A stretch of DNA of 32,000 nt from Edaphobacter aggregans (GTDB lineage Bacteria; Acidobacteriota; Terriglobia; Terriglobales; Acidobacteriaceae). The position numbers were made by a program, and so were the translations under genes. Of the stretch, positions 8,513-18,576 are shown piece by piece; the stretch's first letter is position 1; every line of letters starts with the position of its first letter. A model generated the notes under the pieces. The model was given only the letters and a program-made list of their open reading frames with translations, was not told the DNA's origin and searched no databases. The DNA lies in the NCBI RefSeq assembly GCF_003945235.1, contig NZ_RSDW01000001.1, forward strand, positions 2,310,001-2,342,000. The letters run 5' to 3'.

Positions 8513-10564
8513 ATGCCCTCATCTCGTGCGCTGTACGCCCTCACAATCTTCCTCTCGGCCTTCCTCCTCTTCCTGGTCGAGCCCATGGCCGCCAAGCAGC
8601 TCCTCCCCATCCTCGGAGGCTCCTCAGCCGTCTGGCTCACCTGCCTGGTCTTCTTTCAACTCACCCTTCTGGCCGGATACCTCTACGCCCACTGGCTCAA
8701 CCGCAGCGAATTCAGCCGCTCCCGCCAGCGACTCCACCTTGCCCTGTTGACGCTGGCCGTCCTCGTCCTCGCCTCAACTTACCTCTTCCATCCCAGCCTG
8801 AGCAACGGCACGACCCACCCCGTCACCACCATCTTCGCCTCGCTCACGCTATCGATAGGCCTGCCCTTCCTCCTCCTCGCCTCCACCAGCCCACTCCTCC
8901 AAGTCTGGCTGGCGAGCAGCGAAGCAGGCCCCGTCCCCTATCGTCTCTTCGCCCTCTCGAACGCCGGTTCGCTCCTCGCCCTCCTCGCCTACCCCACCCT
9001 CGTCGAACCCCACCTCACCCTTAAGCTCCAGCGAACCCTCTGGACCCTCGGCTTCTTCCTCTTCGCAATCCTCTGCGCCGTCCTCACTCGCCAAAGCCGC
9101 CCCGCAACACCCCAACCCACTGCCCCCGAACAAGCCCCGACCACCCCCCTCACCACAAAACTCCTCTGGTTCCTCCTCCCCATGGTCGCGGCGATGCAAT
9201 TGGCCGCCGTCACCAGCCACCTCACCGTCAACATTGCCGCCATCCCCCTCCTCTGGATCCTCCCGCTAGCCGTCTATCTCCTCACCTTCATCCTCGCCTT
9301 CGAGTTCCCCACCCTCTATCGCCGTGGAGTCGTCGTTCGCCTCCTCGTCCTGATGCTGGCCAGCCTCGGCTACGCTCTCTCCAAAACCGAAACCTCCTTT
9401 CCCATCCTCATCAGCATCCTCTTCTTCCTCGCTGAGTGCTTCATCGCCTGCCTCTTCTGCCACGCCGAAACCTACTATCTCCGCCCCCTCCGCCGTTCCG
9501 AGACCACCTTCTTCTACCTCCTCATCGCCGCCGGAGGAGCCACCGGAACCTTCTTCATCGGCATCGCCAGCCCGCTCATCTTCTCCGCCAACTACGACCT
9601 CGCCATCGCCTTCTTCCTCACCGCAATCATGGCCCTCGTCGTCACCTGGTCCGAAGGCTGGCCCCAGCGCCTCCTCTGGTTCACCAGCAGCATCCTTCTC
9701 TTCGGACTCCTTGTACTCCTACACGTCGGCTACGGCCGTCAGACCCTGGTCAGGGTCCGCGATTTCTACGGAACCCTCCGCGTCAAGCAGAGCGTCACCT
9801 CCCCGCAGGGCACTACCATGCGCACGCTCGTCAACGGAACCATCCAGCACGGAACCCAGCTCTTCGCCCCAGACCTGATGCGCGTCCCAACCACCTATTA
9901 CGCCCGCGACTCCGGCGTAGGTCTCGCCATCCGCTACTGCTGCACCACCCTCGACAGCGACACCATCCGCCCACGCAACATCGGCGTCATAGGCCTGGGC
10001 GTAGGCACCATCGCAGCCTACGGCACCCCCGGCGACCGCATGCGCTTCTACGAGATCAACCCCCAGGTCCAGCCCGTCGCGCAAAACCTCTTCACTTACC
10101 TCCGCGACTCCCCCGCCCAGATCACCCACATCCAGGGCGACGCCCGAACCTCACTCGCCCACGAAGCCCCGAACCAATTCGACGTCCTCGTCATCGACGC
10201 CTTCTCCGGCGACGCCATCCCCCTCCATCTCCTGACCACCGAAGCCATCGCCCTCTACAAATCCCACCTCACCCCCAACGGCATCCTCGCCTTCCACGTC
10301 TCCAACCAATTCCTCGACCTCGCCCCCGAGATCGCCCTCCTCGCCGCCTCAGCCAACATGCAATCCCGCATCGTCGACACCCCCTCAAACGACGCCATCG
10401 GAGAATTTCGCTCCACCTGGGTCCTCGTCACCAACAACACCGCATTCCTGACGAGCCCCGCAGTCGCCCCCTACGCCCTGCGCATCGACCAAATCCCCGC
10501 GCTCCGCCCTTGGACCGACGACTACTCCAGCCTCCTACCCCTACTCTTCCGCGGTCACGACTAG
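8513..10564 (+). CDS. fused polytopic membrane domain / spermidine-synthase-like protein
   Basis: About 400 aa of repeated hydrophobic helices, followed by a SAM-dependent aminopropyltransferase-like domain (IGVIGLGVGTIAAY, RFYEINPQV, DVLVIDAFSGDAIPLHLLTTEA). Confidence 0.75.
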   Translation: MPSSRALYALTIFLSAFLLFLVEPMAAKQLLPILGGSSAVWLTCLVFFQLTLLAGYLYAHWLNRSEFSRSRQRLHLALLTLAVLVLASTYLFHPSLSNGTTHPVTTIFASLTLSIGLPFLLLASTSPLLQVWLASSEAGPVPYRLFALSNAGSLLALLAYPTLVEPHLTLKLQRTLWTLGFFLFAILCAVLTRQSRPATPQPTAPEQAPTTPLTTKLLWFLLPMVAAMQLAAVTSHLTVNIAAIPLLWILPLAVYLLTFILAFEFPTLYRRGVVVRLLVLMLASLGYALSKTETSFPILISILFFLAECFIACLFCHAETYYLRPLRRSETTFFYLLIAAGGATGTFFIGIASPLIFSANYDLAIAFFLTAIMALVVTWSEGWPQRLLWFTSSILLFGLLVLLHVGYGRQTLVRVRDFYGTLRVKQSVTSPQGTTMRTLVNGTIQHGTQLFAPDLMRVPTTYYARDSGVGLAIRYCCTTLDSDTIRPRNIGVIGLGVGTIAAYGTPGDRMRFYEINPQVQPVAQNLFTYLRDSPAQITHIQGDARTSLAHEAPNQFDVLVIDAFSGDAIPLHLLTTEAIALYKSHLTPNGILAFHVSNQFLDLAPEIALLAASANMQSRIVDTPSNDAIGEFRSTWVLVTNNTAFLTSPAVAPYALRIDQIPALRPWTDDYSSLLPLLFRGHD

Positions 10565-10589
10565 ACGCGGCAGAAAAGTATCGCCAAAC

Positions 10590-11138
10590 TCAGAGCCTCG
10601 ACTTGAGCACCTCAACACCCGCTTGAGACACCTTCACGTCGTCCTCCGATTTGCCTCCACTGAACGCAGCGATCACGTATCCCGTTTTGCCACGAAGGAT
10701 CACTCCGCCAGTCCAGCCCACTTCACCAGTCATGGGTGGCCGCACCTGGCTCCCGCTGTCTTTCAGCGTGTCCGCCATCTCCGCGGCCTTGGAGTAGGCA
10801 ATCGCCAGAAGATTCGCTCCTTTGCTTGTCGCCGAAGGATCATCCTTCATGCGGCCGACCACCAGCATCTTCGAACTCCAGGATTGAATGCTGTCACCCT
10901 CAAAGTAGGCCACCACTGCCGCACCGCCGATACCGAGTTCGCCAGCACGCTGACGCATCGCCACCAAAGCCGCATTCGCCGCCTCATCGAAGGCTGGGGC
11001 CGGATGTACAGCCGGCGACTCCTGCTTCTGCGCCTTCGCATCAAGACTTGCGACGGGTAATAGAGAAAGAAGCAGGAGCGCCAACACGAGACGGCGCACA
11101 CGGCAATTTACAGTCGTGAAACGGGACAGAGTTTGCAT
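10590..11138 (-). CDS. secreted GlcG/HbpS-like (DUF336) protein
   Basis: Signal peptide, then LGIGGAAVVAYFEG... and a C-terminal GGVILRGKTGYVIAAFSGGKSEDDVKVSQAG resembling the GlcG motif GG-[VI]-x(3)-G-x-[VI]-x-A-x-G-x-SGG-x(4)-D. The family call is tentative. Confidence 0.5.
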   Translation of the reverse strand: MQTLSRFTTVNCRVRRLVLALLLLSLLPVASLDAKAQKQESPAVHPAPAFDEAANAALVAMRQRAGELGIGGAAVVAYFEGDSIQSWSSKMLVVGRMKDDPSATSKGANLLAIAYSKAAEMADTLKDSGSQVRPPMTGEVGWTGGVILRGKTGYVIAAFSGGKSEDDVKVSQAGVEVLKSRL

Positions 11139-11208
11139 ATGGCAGCATATGCGATAGCGCCCATGAGTGGAAACTTAACGAGTTGCAGTGTTGCGGTGAC
11201 ATGGCGTC

Positions 11209-12204
11209 CTATTGCCCCCAGGCCATTCCATCCGCAAACTTACCCGCAGCGATCAGCGTCTCCATCTTCCATCCAGCCAGATCGATCACCGCCACCTGAT
11301 CGGAAAAATTACAGGCAACATAAGCCTTCTTCCCATCCTCGCTTATCACCACCTCTGCAGGCCCATCCCCCACATCGATCGTCCGCGCCACCTTCAGCGT
11401 CTTTAAATCCACCACCGCCACCTGTTTCGCCCCGCGCATCGTCACCAGCAGCCACTTTCCATCCTTCGTCGGAGCCGTCCCATACCCCGCACTCGGCAGA
11501 TCCACCCAAGCCTTCACCTTGTTCGTCGCCGTATCGATCACTGCCAGCCGAGGCGTCTTCTGGTCCGCCGTAAACACCATGCTCCCATCGTTCGACATCG
11601 CGATCCGCTGCGTATTCCCCGAGATCGGAATCACCGTCAAAGTCTTCCGCCCCACCATATCCAGCACCGACACCGTCCCTGGCCCCACATTCGCCGTATA
11701 CCCACGCCTCCCGTCCTTCGACAGCACCAGCATGTGCGACTGCTCCTGCCCCGTAGGCACCGTCCCCACAATCTTCAGCGTCTTCGGATCGATAATGCTG
11801 ATCGTCTTATCCAGCTCCGTCGTCACATAAAGCATTCCGCTGTTCTTGTCATACACCGCGCAATGCGGTCGCACCCCATGGTCGAACTCCACCTTGCCCA
11901 CAATCTTCCGGCTCGGCAAATCAATCACCGAAATCTCGCTGCCATCCGTCCCCGGCCTGCCCACACCAGCATTCCCATAGATCGGCACATAAGCCGTCTT
12001 CCCATCCGGAGAAGTTGCCAACTCATGCCCCGTCACCCCACCCACCGGCACAGTAGCCACCTGCTTACCAGAGCCTGTATCGATCAAGCTAATGTCCTGG
12101 CTATGTTGATTCGCCACCAGCAGCATCGGTCCCGAATTCTTCTGGGCATAAGCAAAGCTTGTCACGACACCCATCAGCACCACACGCAGAAACACAGACT
12201 TCAT
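11209..12204 (-). CDS. secreted YVTN/YncE-like beta-propeller repeat protein
   Basis: Repeated approximately 40-residue units (GK.AYV.., D..S..VSVID, D.KT.K.V..I). Signal peptide MKSVFLRVVLMGVVTSFAYA. ATG at 12204 has GGGAG 5 nt upstream; the listed 12216 start is a TTG. Confidence 0.75.
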   Translation of the reverse strand: MKSVFLRVVLMGVVTSFAYAQKNSGPMLLVANQHSQDISLIDTGSGKQVATVPVGGVTGHELATSPDGKTAYVPIYGNAGVGRPGTDGSEISVIDLPSRKIVGKVEFDHGVRPHCAVYDKNSGMLYVTTELDKTISIIDPKTLKIVGTVPTGQEQSHMLVLSKDGRRGYTANVGPGTVSVLDMVGRKTLTVIPISGNTQRIAMSNDGSMVFTADQKTPRLAVIDTATNKVKAWVDLPSAGYGTAPTKDGKWLLVTMRGAKQVAVVDLKTLKVARTIDVGDGPAEVVISEDGKKAYVACNFSDQVAVIDLAGWKMETLIAAGKFADGMAWGQ

Positions 12205-12423
12205 ACGGGCTCCCAAAGCGATTTAGCAGAGATGTAAATCCAACAAGAGAAAACGTCTGGCAAAACGACGTCCCATAATAGCCTGTCAGGCGCATTCAGT
12301 ATTGAGAGAGTGAGTAACTGCGGAAAACAACTAAGCCAGCCCAGCAAGGCCAGCTGACGCAGCAACGGCAAGACACCTTCGCAGTTGCTCATGTTCTCCG
12401 GTTACTGCCGCGCAAAGCTGTGA

Positions 12424-13026
12424 TTAGGAAAGAAGCTTCCTCTTAGCCACCCCAAGCAGCCCAAGGATGCCGGTACCCACCATGCCGATCGTTTCAGGCT
12501 CGGGAATTGGGCTTGGGCCGGCGCTCGTTGACACGGTGATGTCAGTCAACTGATTGAAACCTGGGTCCTGACGGCCAAGGAATCTCAGCTCCGTATTGGA
12601 AGAGGTGGCCGTAAGTCCAGGAATCGTATAAGTGGTCAGAGCGCTGACGCCGATATTCAACAGGTCTTCCACCACGGCGCCCCCGAACAATACCTGCAGC
12701 TCCATCGGGTTACCGGAAGTCCCAAACTCAAAGCTCAGGGTATAGGTATCGCCCGCAACCGTTGCCAGATCTTGAAAAAGATAGCTCTGCTCTGAGGGCG
12801 AGCCCGTGATGCATTGCTGGCCAGTGCAACCATCGGAGGCATACCGGAGCGCTCCCGATGTAATAACCGCCCATGGGTCATCTGCCGCCGCGTTAATCGT
12901 CCAGTTAGAAAACCCGCTCTGAAAATTACCATTCAGAACAAGATTGTCTGCATGAGCGCACACTGGAACGGCTAAAACCAAAGCAAAGAAGGAAAGGACA
13001 AGCCTAAATCTCGACAGATGAATCAT
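12424..13026 (-). CDS. PEP-CTERM sorting-domain protein with a DUF642/CBM-like N-terminal domain
   Basis: Signal peptide; NLVLNGNFQSGFSNWTI opening typical of DUF642/CBM4-9-like domains. C-terminus IPEPETIGMVGTGILGLLGVAKRKLLS gives the PEP motif, a TM helix and a basic tail. Confidence 0.8.
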   Translation of the reverse strand: MIHLSRFRLVLSFFALVLAVPVCAHADNLVLNGNFQSGFSNWTINAAADDPWAVITSGALRYASDGCTGQQCITGSPSEQSYLFQDLATVAGDTYTLSFEFGTSGNPMELQVLFGGAVVEDLLNIGVSALTTYTIPGLTATSSNTELRFLGRQDPGFNQLTDITVSTSAGPSPIPEPETIGMVGTGILGLLGVAKRKLLS

Positions 13027-13236
13027 TCGCGTCTCTCTGTATTAGCTCGATTTGGCCCGGTAGCTATTGTTTACAAGCAATTTAATCGCCAATCGAAAAA
13101 ATCCCTAAATTGCCTTTCTTTCATCAACTTACAGTCGATATCATAGAAACCAATGCGCAAGTCTTTTCATATGAATGGGAGGGATCCTTCCACTACGATG
13201 AAAGGGCGTTTACCCAGCCACAAACGGAGCGAATGA

Positions 13237-14043
13237 TTGCCGGAACTCCCCGAAGTTGAAACCATAGCCAACGGCGTCCACGAGCGCATCCACGGCGAGA
13301 CCATCCTCTCCGTCTGGACCAGCAACAAGCCCCAAACCTTCAAATCCCCACCCGAGGTCATCGCCGAAACCCTCACCAACGCCCGCATCGACCGCGTCCA
13401 CCGCGTAGGCAAGACCATCGTCGTCGACCTCACCCACAACAAACGCCCCGCCCAATTCTTAATCCACCTCGGCATGACTGGCCGCCTCCTCGTCTCCACC
13501 CCCGAAACCCCCATCCCACCCCACACCCACGCCATCCTCACCCTAAGCAGCGGCCGCGAACTCCGCTTCGTCGACGCCCGCCGCTTTGGCCGCCTCTCCG
13601 TCGCATCCGACACCTACGCCGGCCCCGGCCGCGAGCCCCTCACCATCTCCCTCGAAGACTTCATCGCCCTCTTCCGCAACCGCAAAACCCCCATCAAGGC
13701 CGCGCTGCTCAACCAATCCCTCCTCCACGGCGTCGGCAACATCTATGCCGACGAGGCTCTCTTCCACGCCGGCATCCGACCCCTCCGCCACGCCGGCCGA
13801 CTCACCCGCGTCGAACTCACCCGCCTCCGCGCCGCCCTCATCAAAGTCCTCAAACACGCCATCAAACTAGGCGGCTCCTCCGTCTCCGATTACGTAGACG
13901 CTGAGGGAGTGGCAGGCTTCTTCCAACTCCATCACCACGTCTACTCCCGCACCGGCGAACCCTGCCGCATCTGCAAAACCCCCATCAAGCGAGTAGTCGT
14001 AGGCGGCCGAAGCACTCACTTCTGCCCCACTTGCCAAAAATAA
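13237..14043 (+). CDS. mutM: formamidopyrimidine-DNA glycosylase
   Basis: PELPEVE N-terminus (the catalytic Pro must follow the initiator, which fixes the TTG start at 13237; GGAG lies 7 nt upstream). H2TH region; C-terminal zinc finger CRICKTPIKRVVVGGRSTHFCPTCQ. Confidence 0.92.
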   Translation: MPELPEVETIANGVHERIHGETILSVWTSNKPQTFKSPPEVIAETLTNARIDRVHRVGKTIVVDLTHNKRPAQFLIHLGMTGRLLVSTPETPIPPHTHAILTLSSGRELRFVDARRFGRLSVASDTYAGPGREPLTISLEDFIALFRNRKTPIKAALLNQSLLHGVGNIYADEALFHAGIRPLRHAGRLTRVELTRLRAALIKVLKHAIKLGGSSVSDYVDAEGVAGFFQLHHHVYSRTGEPCRICKTPIKRVVVGGRSTHFCPTCQK

Positions 14044-14087
14044 GGCCGACCCATCTTGATATCATCGCTGGTCAACACGGAGCATCC

Positions 14088-15539
14088 ATGCGCAAGCTGA
14101 TTTCCCTATTCCTTCTGGCGTTTTCAACCACCCTTGTGTCCGCACAGCAGTACGATCTCGTGCTCGAAGGCGGCCGCGTCATGGATCCCGAAACCGGTCT
14201 GGATGCCATCCGCAACCTAGGCATTCGCGACGGAAAGATCGTCCGCATCTCCTCCGAAGCACTCGCAGGACGCCGCACCATCCACGCCACCGGACTAGTA
14301 GTCGCTCCCGGATTCATCGACGTACACCAGCATGCTCAGGACCTCGCAAGCCAGCGCGTCAAAGCACTCGACGGCGTCACCACCGCACTCGAGATGGAGA
14401 TCGGCGCGCCCGACGTAGCTCAGTTCCTGAAATCCAAAGAAGGCCACTCACTCATTCACTACGGCACCGCAGCCAGCTACGTAGCCGCGCGATCCCTCGT
14501 CTTCGGCGCCCCATTGCCAGCCGGAACCATCCTGCCCCAGACCGGACCCGCGACCGACCAACACGCCACACCCGAACAAATCGAGAGCATCCGCCAACGC
14601 CTGCGCGCAGAACTGGACGCCGGAGGCCTCGCCGTCGGCATGGGCATCCAGTACACCCCCGGAGCAACCCGCCTCGAAGTCATCGACATGTTCCGCCTTG
14701 CCGCCGAGCGCAGCCTCCCCGTCTACACCCACATACGCAGCGCCGGCCGCGTCGAGCCCGGCTCCTCTATCGAATCCGTCAGCGAAGTCATCGGAGCAGC
14801 CGCCATCACCGGAGCCCCACTGCACATCGTCCACATCAACAGCTCCTGCATGCGCGATGCGCTCGAATGTCTCTCCATGATCGAAGGAGCCCGAGCCCGC
14901 GGCCTCGACGTCACCACCGAGGCCTACCCCTACATCGCCGGCATGACCGCCGTAAACTCAGCCGTCTTCAGCCCAGGCTGGCAGGAACGCATGGGCATCA
15001 CCTACAGCGACCTTCTCCTTCCCGAAACCGGAGAGCGCTTAACCAAAGAGCGCTTCGACTCACTGCACAACTCCAGCACGGCCCACTGGGTTGTAGTCTT
15101 CGGCAATTCTCAGGAGATAGTAGACAAAATAATCCCGCACCCTCTCATAATGATCGCCAGCGATGGCGCTGAAGGACACCCCCGCAACGCCGGTACCTAC
15201 TCACGCGTGCTGGCCCAATACGTCCGCGAAAAGCAAACAGTCACCCTGATGGACGCGCTACGAAAGATGAGCCTGATGCCAGCCCAGATGCTCGAGCGTT
15301 CGACTCCCGCAGCACGGCAAAAGGGCAGACTGCAGGAGGGAGCCGACGCCGACATCGTCGTGTTCGACGCCAAAACCATCACCGACCGCTCCACCTTCGA
15401 AAAACCCATGGAGCCAAGCACAGGCGTCCGCTACCTCGTTGTAGGAGGAACACTACTCGTCGACGAAGGCAAGCTAGTACCAGACGTATTTCCGGGCCGA
15501 GCCCTACTGGGATCAGGCAAGCACTCCGCAGCGTACTAG
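14088..15539 (+). CDS. secreted amidohydrolase-family protein (N-acyl-D-amino-acid deacylase-like)
   Basis: Signal peptide MRKLISLFLLAFSTTLVSA, then YDLVLEGGRVMDPETG...GLVVAPGFIDVHQH (metal-binding HxH). ATG 14088 has GGAG 5 nt upstream; the listed start 14031 would overlap mutM. Confidence 0.75.
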   Translation: MRKLISLFLLAFSTTLVSAQQYDLVLEGGRVMDPETGLDAIRNLGIRDGKIVRISSEALAGRRTIHATGLVVAPGFIDVHQHAQDLASQRVKALDGVTTALEMEIGAPDVAQFLKSKEGHSLIHYGTAASYVAARSLVFGAPLPAGTILPQTGPATDQHATPEQIESIRQRLRAELDAGGLAVGMGIQYTPGATRLEVIDMFRLAAERSLPVYTHIRSAGRVEPGSSIESVSEVIGAAAITGAPLHIVHINSSCMRDALECLSMIEGARARGLDVTTEAYPYIAGMTAVNSAVFSPGWQERMGITYSDLLLPETGERLTKERFDSLHNSSTAHWVVVFGNSQEIVDKIIPHPLIMIASDGAEGHPRNAGTYSRVLAQYVREKQTVTLMDALRKMSLMPAQMLERSTPAARQKGRLQEGADADIVVFDAKTITDRSTFEKPMEPSTGVRYLVVGGTLLVDEGKLVPDVFPGRALLGSGKHSAAY

Positions 15540-16135
15540 CGACCGCCCGCGCTACTTTCTTTCTTCTGTGCGGCAACAACCTGACGCACGATCGCTGGAA
15601 GATCGCTCAGATCGATAGCTTTCGAGGCGTGATCAACAACTAGGCCACTACAGACAATCGTGTCGGCAATATGCGTCGGCGAAGGCCGTTCGAGCCGGCA
15701 CGTATTCGTCGTCAACGGCCCGGGAAGCGGTCCCTCCGGAACGGGCTTACACGAAGAATCGCCCCCAGACTTACAGATCAGTTTGAGAAGCTGCTTTTCC
15801 CGTACAACCTCTCGGCTCTGCACGCGGATAAGAATGTCGTCCTCCGTTCGACTCCATGTCCCAAGCCGTAAGACAAACCCCTCATTCAGATTCAAGCCAA
15901 TCGGCTGCTTCCCACCGCTCTTGATGAACGAGGCCTTGACCTCGGCATACACACCTTCCAGATAGAGAATGGTGAGCGTTCCATCGGCGGACTTAACATC
16001 ACGCGGAGCACCCGCCACCCTCTCCCACTTCAGCGGCGTCACAAAAACGCGATTCGGATCAGGATCAAGCTCCTGCGCCGCGATACGGCCCGCCAGAATC
16101 AGCGCAAGCAAACCCACCAGCGAAATCCGCCCCAT
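15536..16135 (-). CDS. hypothetical secreted protein
   Basis: Signal peptide MGRISLVGLLALILAGRIAAQ; G/T-ending codon usage consistent with real - strand genes here. No family recognised. Confidence 0.55.
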   Translation of the reverse strand: MGRISLVGLLALILAGRIAAQELDPDPNRVFVTPLKWERVAGAPRDVKSADGTLTILYLEGVYAEVKASFIKSGGKQPIGLNLNEGFVLRLGTWSRTEDDILIRVQSREVVREKQLLKLICKSGGDSSCKPVPEGPLPGPLTTNTCRLERPSPTHIADTIVCSGLVVDHASKAIDLSDLPAIVRQVVAAQKKESSAGGR

Positions 16136-16164
16136 CCCGCTACTCCCTACTTCCTACGCTGCCT

Positions 16165-17061
16165 TTAAATCCCCGCCGCCTGCTCCGCACTCACCGCAGC
16201 CCCGATCACCCGAACCTCCGGATTATCCTCCACGATCTCCAGCGAGTAGCTCTGCAGTGGACTCATCTTCACCATCTGCTGCATGTAATCCCTCAGCATC
16301 GGCATATCCAGAAACCGTGCATTGAACCCCGTCAGAAAGAACTTCCCCGGCCCGGCCATATGGATCGAAGTCGCCGTCGCTGCCGCCAGAGCCTTATGCC
16401 ACAGCCGCTTGAACTCCACGCACCGGGCATCGCCCTTCTTCGCTTCCTCAAACACCTCTTCCGGCTCCATATCCAGAAACCGCAGCCGCATCGCCCTGTG
16501 GCCCATGATCCCTTCCATGTGCCCACGCCCGCCGCACCCGCAGAACTGCTCCTTATCGTCCAGCGTCACTACCGAGTGGCCGCCCTCCCACACTCCCTTC
16601 GTAAACGGGTAGCGCCCATGCCCAATCCCAACCCCCAGCGTCCACACGCGAATCATGCTGTCCAGCTTCCCATGCACCGAAGCCAGTCCCGCAGCCATCC
16701 CATCCGCATCGTTCATCACCAGAACCGGCGTATTGATGTCGTGGCTTCTGAGTTGCGACGCCACCAAATCCCGCAACCGCGCCCCTTTCAACTGCGGTAG
16801 GTTCGGAGCCTCCTCCACCACGCCACTCTTGATCAGCCCCGGCACCGCAATCCCAACCGCATCCAGGTCTTTGTGCCCGTTCGCCGCCAGTACAACCTCT
16901 TTGCAGATCGTCTCCACAAGAGCATCCGTATGCAGTTCCACCAGCGCGTCCCGGTCCTCTTCATTCTCGGGAAAACGGCGCAGCCCACCCTCCAGCTTAT
17001 GGTCGACTACCAGCCCCGCTACAATCCCATCCGACAACGTAACGCCAATCGTCTTCGACAT
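16165..17061 (-). CDS. ROK-family protein (sugar-kinase-like, no HTH domain)
   Basis: NDADGMAAG motif and a ROK zinc region GHSVVTLDDKEQFCGCGGRGHMEG. The N-terminal phosphate-1 motif is atypical (see findings). Lies 29 nt downstream of sthA on the same strand. Confidence 0.75.
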   Translation of the reverse strand: MSKTIGVTLSDGIVAGLVVDHKLEGGLRRFPENEEDRDALVELHTDALVETICKEVVLAANGHKDLDAVGIAVPGLIKSGVVEEAPNLPQLKGARLRDLVASQLRSHDINTPVLVMNDADGMAAGLASVHGKLDSMIRVWTLGVGIGHGRYPFTKGVWEGGHSVVTLDDKEQFCGCGGRGHMEGIMGHRAMRLRFLDMEPEEVFEEAKKGDARCVEFKRLWHKALAAATATSIHMAGPGKFFLTGFNARFLDMPMLRDYMQQMVKMSPLQSYSLEIVEDNPEVRVIGAAVSAEQAAGI

Positions 17062-17090
17062 GCCTCATCCGCCTGACCGGGCCCGCGTTT

Positions 17091-18488
17091 CTATTCAAAC
17101 TTGCTCACGCGATTCAACCCATTGAAAGCAGCCACTTTATAACATTCCGCAAGAGTTGGGTAGTTGAACACCGTATCCACAAAGTATTCAAGCGTTCCGC
17201 CCAGTGCCATCACGGCCTGCCCAATGTGCAGCAGCTCGCTCGCACCCTCGCCAATGATGTGTACACCAAGAATCGAATGGTTCAGCCGGTGAAAGATCAG
17301 CTTCAGCCGTCCCGTCGTATCCCCGCGAATCTGACCACGCGCAATCTCGCGGTAGTACGCCACGCCAACCTCGTAAGGAACGTCCTCCTCGGTCAGCTGC
17401 TCCTCCGTCTTGCCAATAAAGCTGATCTCCGGAATCGTATAAATCCCATACGGATACAGCCCCGGATTCGACAGAATCTTGTCGTCCCCAAACGCCCTTG
17501 CCGCCGCAACCCTGCCTTGCTCCATCGACACCGAAGCCAGCGACGGAAACCCGATCACATCGCCCACGGCAAAAATGTTCGGCACCTTCGTTCTGAAGTC
17601 TTTATCCACCGGAATCCGCCCACGCTTATCAGCCTCAATCCCCACCGCCGCCAGGTTCAGCTCGTCCACATTTCCCTGCCGCCCGACCGCATACAGCAGA
17701 GCATCCCCCTGCACCTTCTTCTTACTCTCCAGATTGGCGACCACAGTCCCATCCGGCATCTCCTCAACCGACTCCACCTCTTCGTTCAGCCGCATCGTCA
17801 CCCGCGAATCCCGCAGATGGTAGCTAAGCGCCTCGACGATCTCCTGATCGGCAAACTCCAGCAGCCGAGGACGCCGTTCAATCAGCGTCACCCGCACCCC
17901 AAGCGCGGCGAACATACAGGTGTACTCCACCCCAATCACGCCGCCGCCCACCACAATCAGTGTCTTCGGCAGGTTCACCAGATCGAGCACCAGGTCGCTG
18001 TTGACGATGCTGCGCCCATTGATCGGCACTTTCGGCGACGCCGCCGGCTTGGTCCCTGTCCCAATAAGCACACTTTTCGTCTCATACACCGACGACCCGC
18101 GCGAGTTCGTCACCTTCACGTGCGTCGCGTCCTCAAAGCTCGCCACGCCCACCAGCATCTCGATGTTGTTCCTCGAAAGCTGCGCCTCGGTAACGTCAAT
18201 CTCGGTCTTAATGACATGCTGCACCCGGAAAGCAAGGTCCGCCATCGTAATGCGTTCCTTCACCCGGTAGTTCATCCCATAGATGGACTTGTAGTTATAC
18301 CCGGACAGATGCAGCACCGCCTCCCGCATCGTCTTCGACGGAATCGTCCCCGTATTGATCGAGGTACCGCCCACCACCTCGCGCATCTCAACCAGCGCAA
18401 CCTTCTTGCCAAGCTTTGCGGCATAAATCGCGGCGCGCTGCCCGGCCGGGCCGGACCCGATAACGATCAGATCGTACACACTACTCAT
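17091..18488 (-). CDS. sthA: soluble pyridine nucleotide transhydrogenase (Si-specific)
   Basis: FAD motif YDLIVIGSGPAGQ. The usual redox-active disulfide site reads GGTSINTGTIPSK (no Cys pair), as expected for SthA rather than dihydrolipoamide dehydrogenase. Second dinucleotide motif VVGGGVIGVEY. Confidence 0.8.
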   Translation of the reverse strand: MSSVYDLIVIGSGPAGQRAAIYAAKLGKKVALVEMREVVGGTSINTGTIPSKTMREAVLHLSGYNYKSIYGMNYRVKERITMADLAFRVQHVIKTEIDVTEAQLSRNNIEMLVGVASFEDATHVKVTNSRGSSVYETKSVLIGTGTKPAASPKVPINGRSIVNSDLVLDLVNLPKTLIVVGGGVIGVEYTCMFAALGVRVTLIERRPRLLEFADQEIVEALSYHLRDSRVTMRLNEEVESVEEMPDGTVVANLESKKKVQGDALLYAVGRQGNVDELNLAAVGIEADKRGRIPVDKDFRTKVPNIFAVGDVIGFPSLASVSMEQGRVAAARAFGDDKILSNPGLYPYGIYTIPEISFIGKTEEQLTEEDVPYEVGVAYYREIARGQIRGDTTGRLKLIFHRLNHSILGVHIIGEGASELLHIGQAVMALGGTLEYFVDTVFNYPTLAECYKVAAFNGLNRVSKFE

Positions 18489-18540
18489 AAATTCTGGACT
18501 CTTTGCGCCTTAGCGTCGTTGGGGTTCCCGGTTAGTGGCC

Positions 18541-18576
18541 CGTGCAGCAAGCATCGAGGGCCCGCCACTTCAAAAG
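18541..18576. repeat. direct repeat copy 1 (CGTGCAGCAAGCATCGAGGGC-ccgcc-ACTTCAAAAG)
   Basis: Matches 21050-21080 exactly apart from a 5-nt insertion (ccgcc, 18562-18566). Weaker similarity extends about 15 nt upstream (GTTCC..G.T.AG). Confidence 0.85.

Noticed and set aside
7927-10626. Long alternative-frame ORFs (7927..9024 at 365 aa; 9436..10626 at 396 aa), and likewise 17226..18698, 24817..25701, 6267..6923, 28767..29417 and 3759..4472.
   Set aside because: Their translations are Pro/Arg/His/Ser-rich low-complexity strings typical of off-frame or antisense reading in GC-rich DNA. Each is fully covered by an ORF with clear family motifs and the strand-appropriate third-position bias.
15536-15539. 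Convergent genes whose stop codons overlap on a CTAG tetranucleotide. The same pattern occurs at 31703-31706.
   Set aside because: This is a trivial consequence of TAG being its own partial reverse complement (CTAG). There is no evidence of function.
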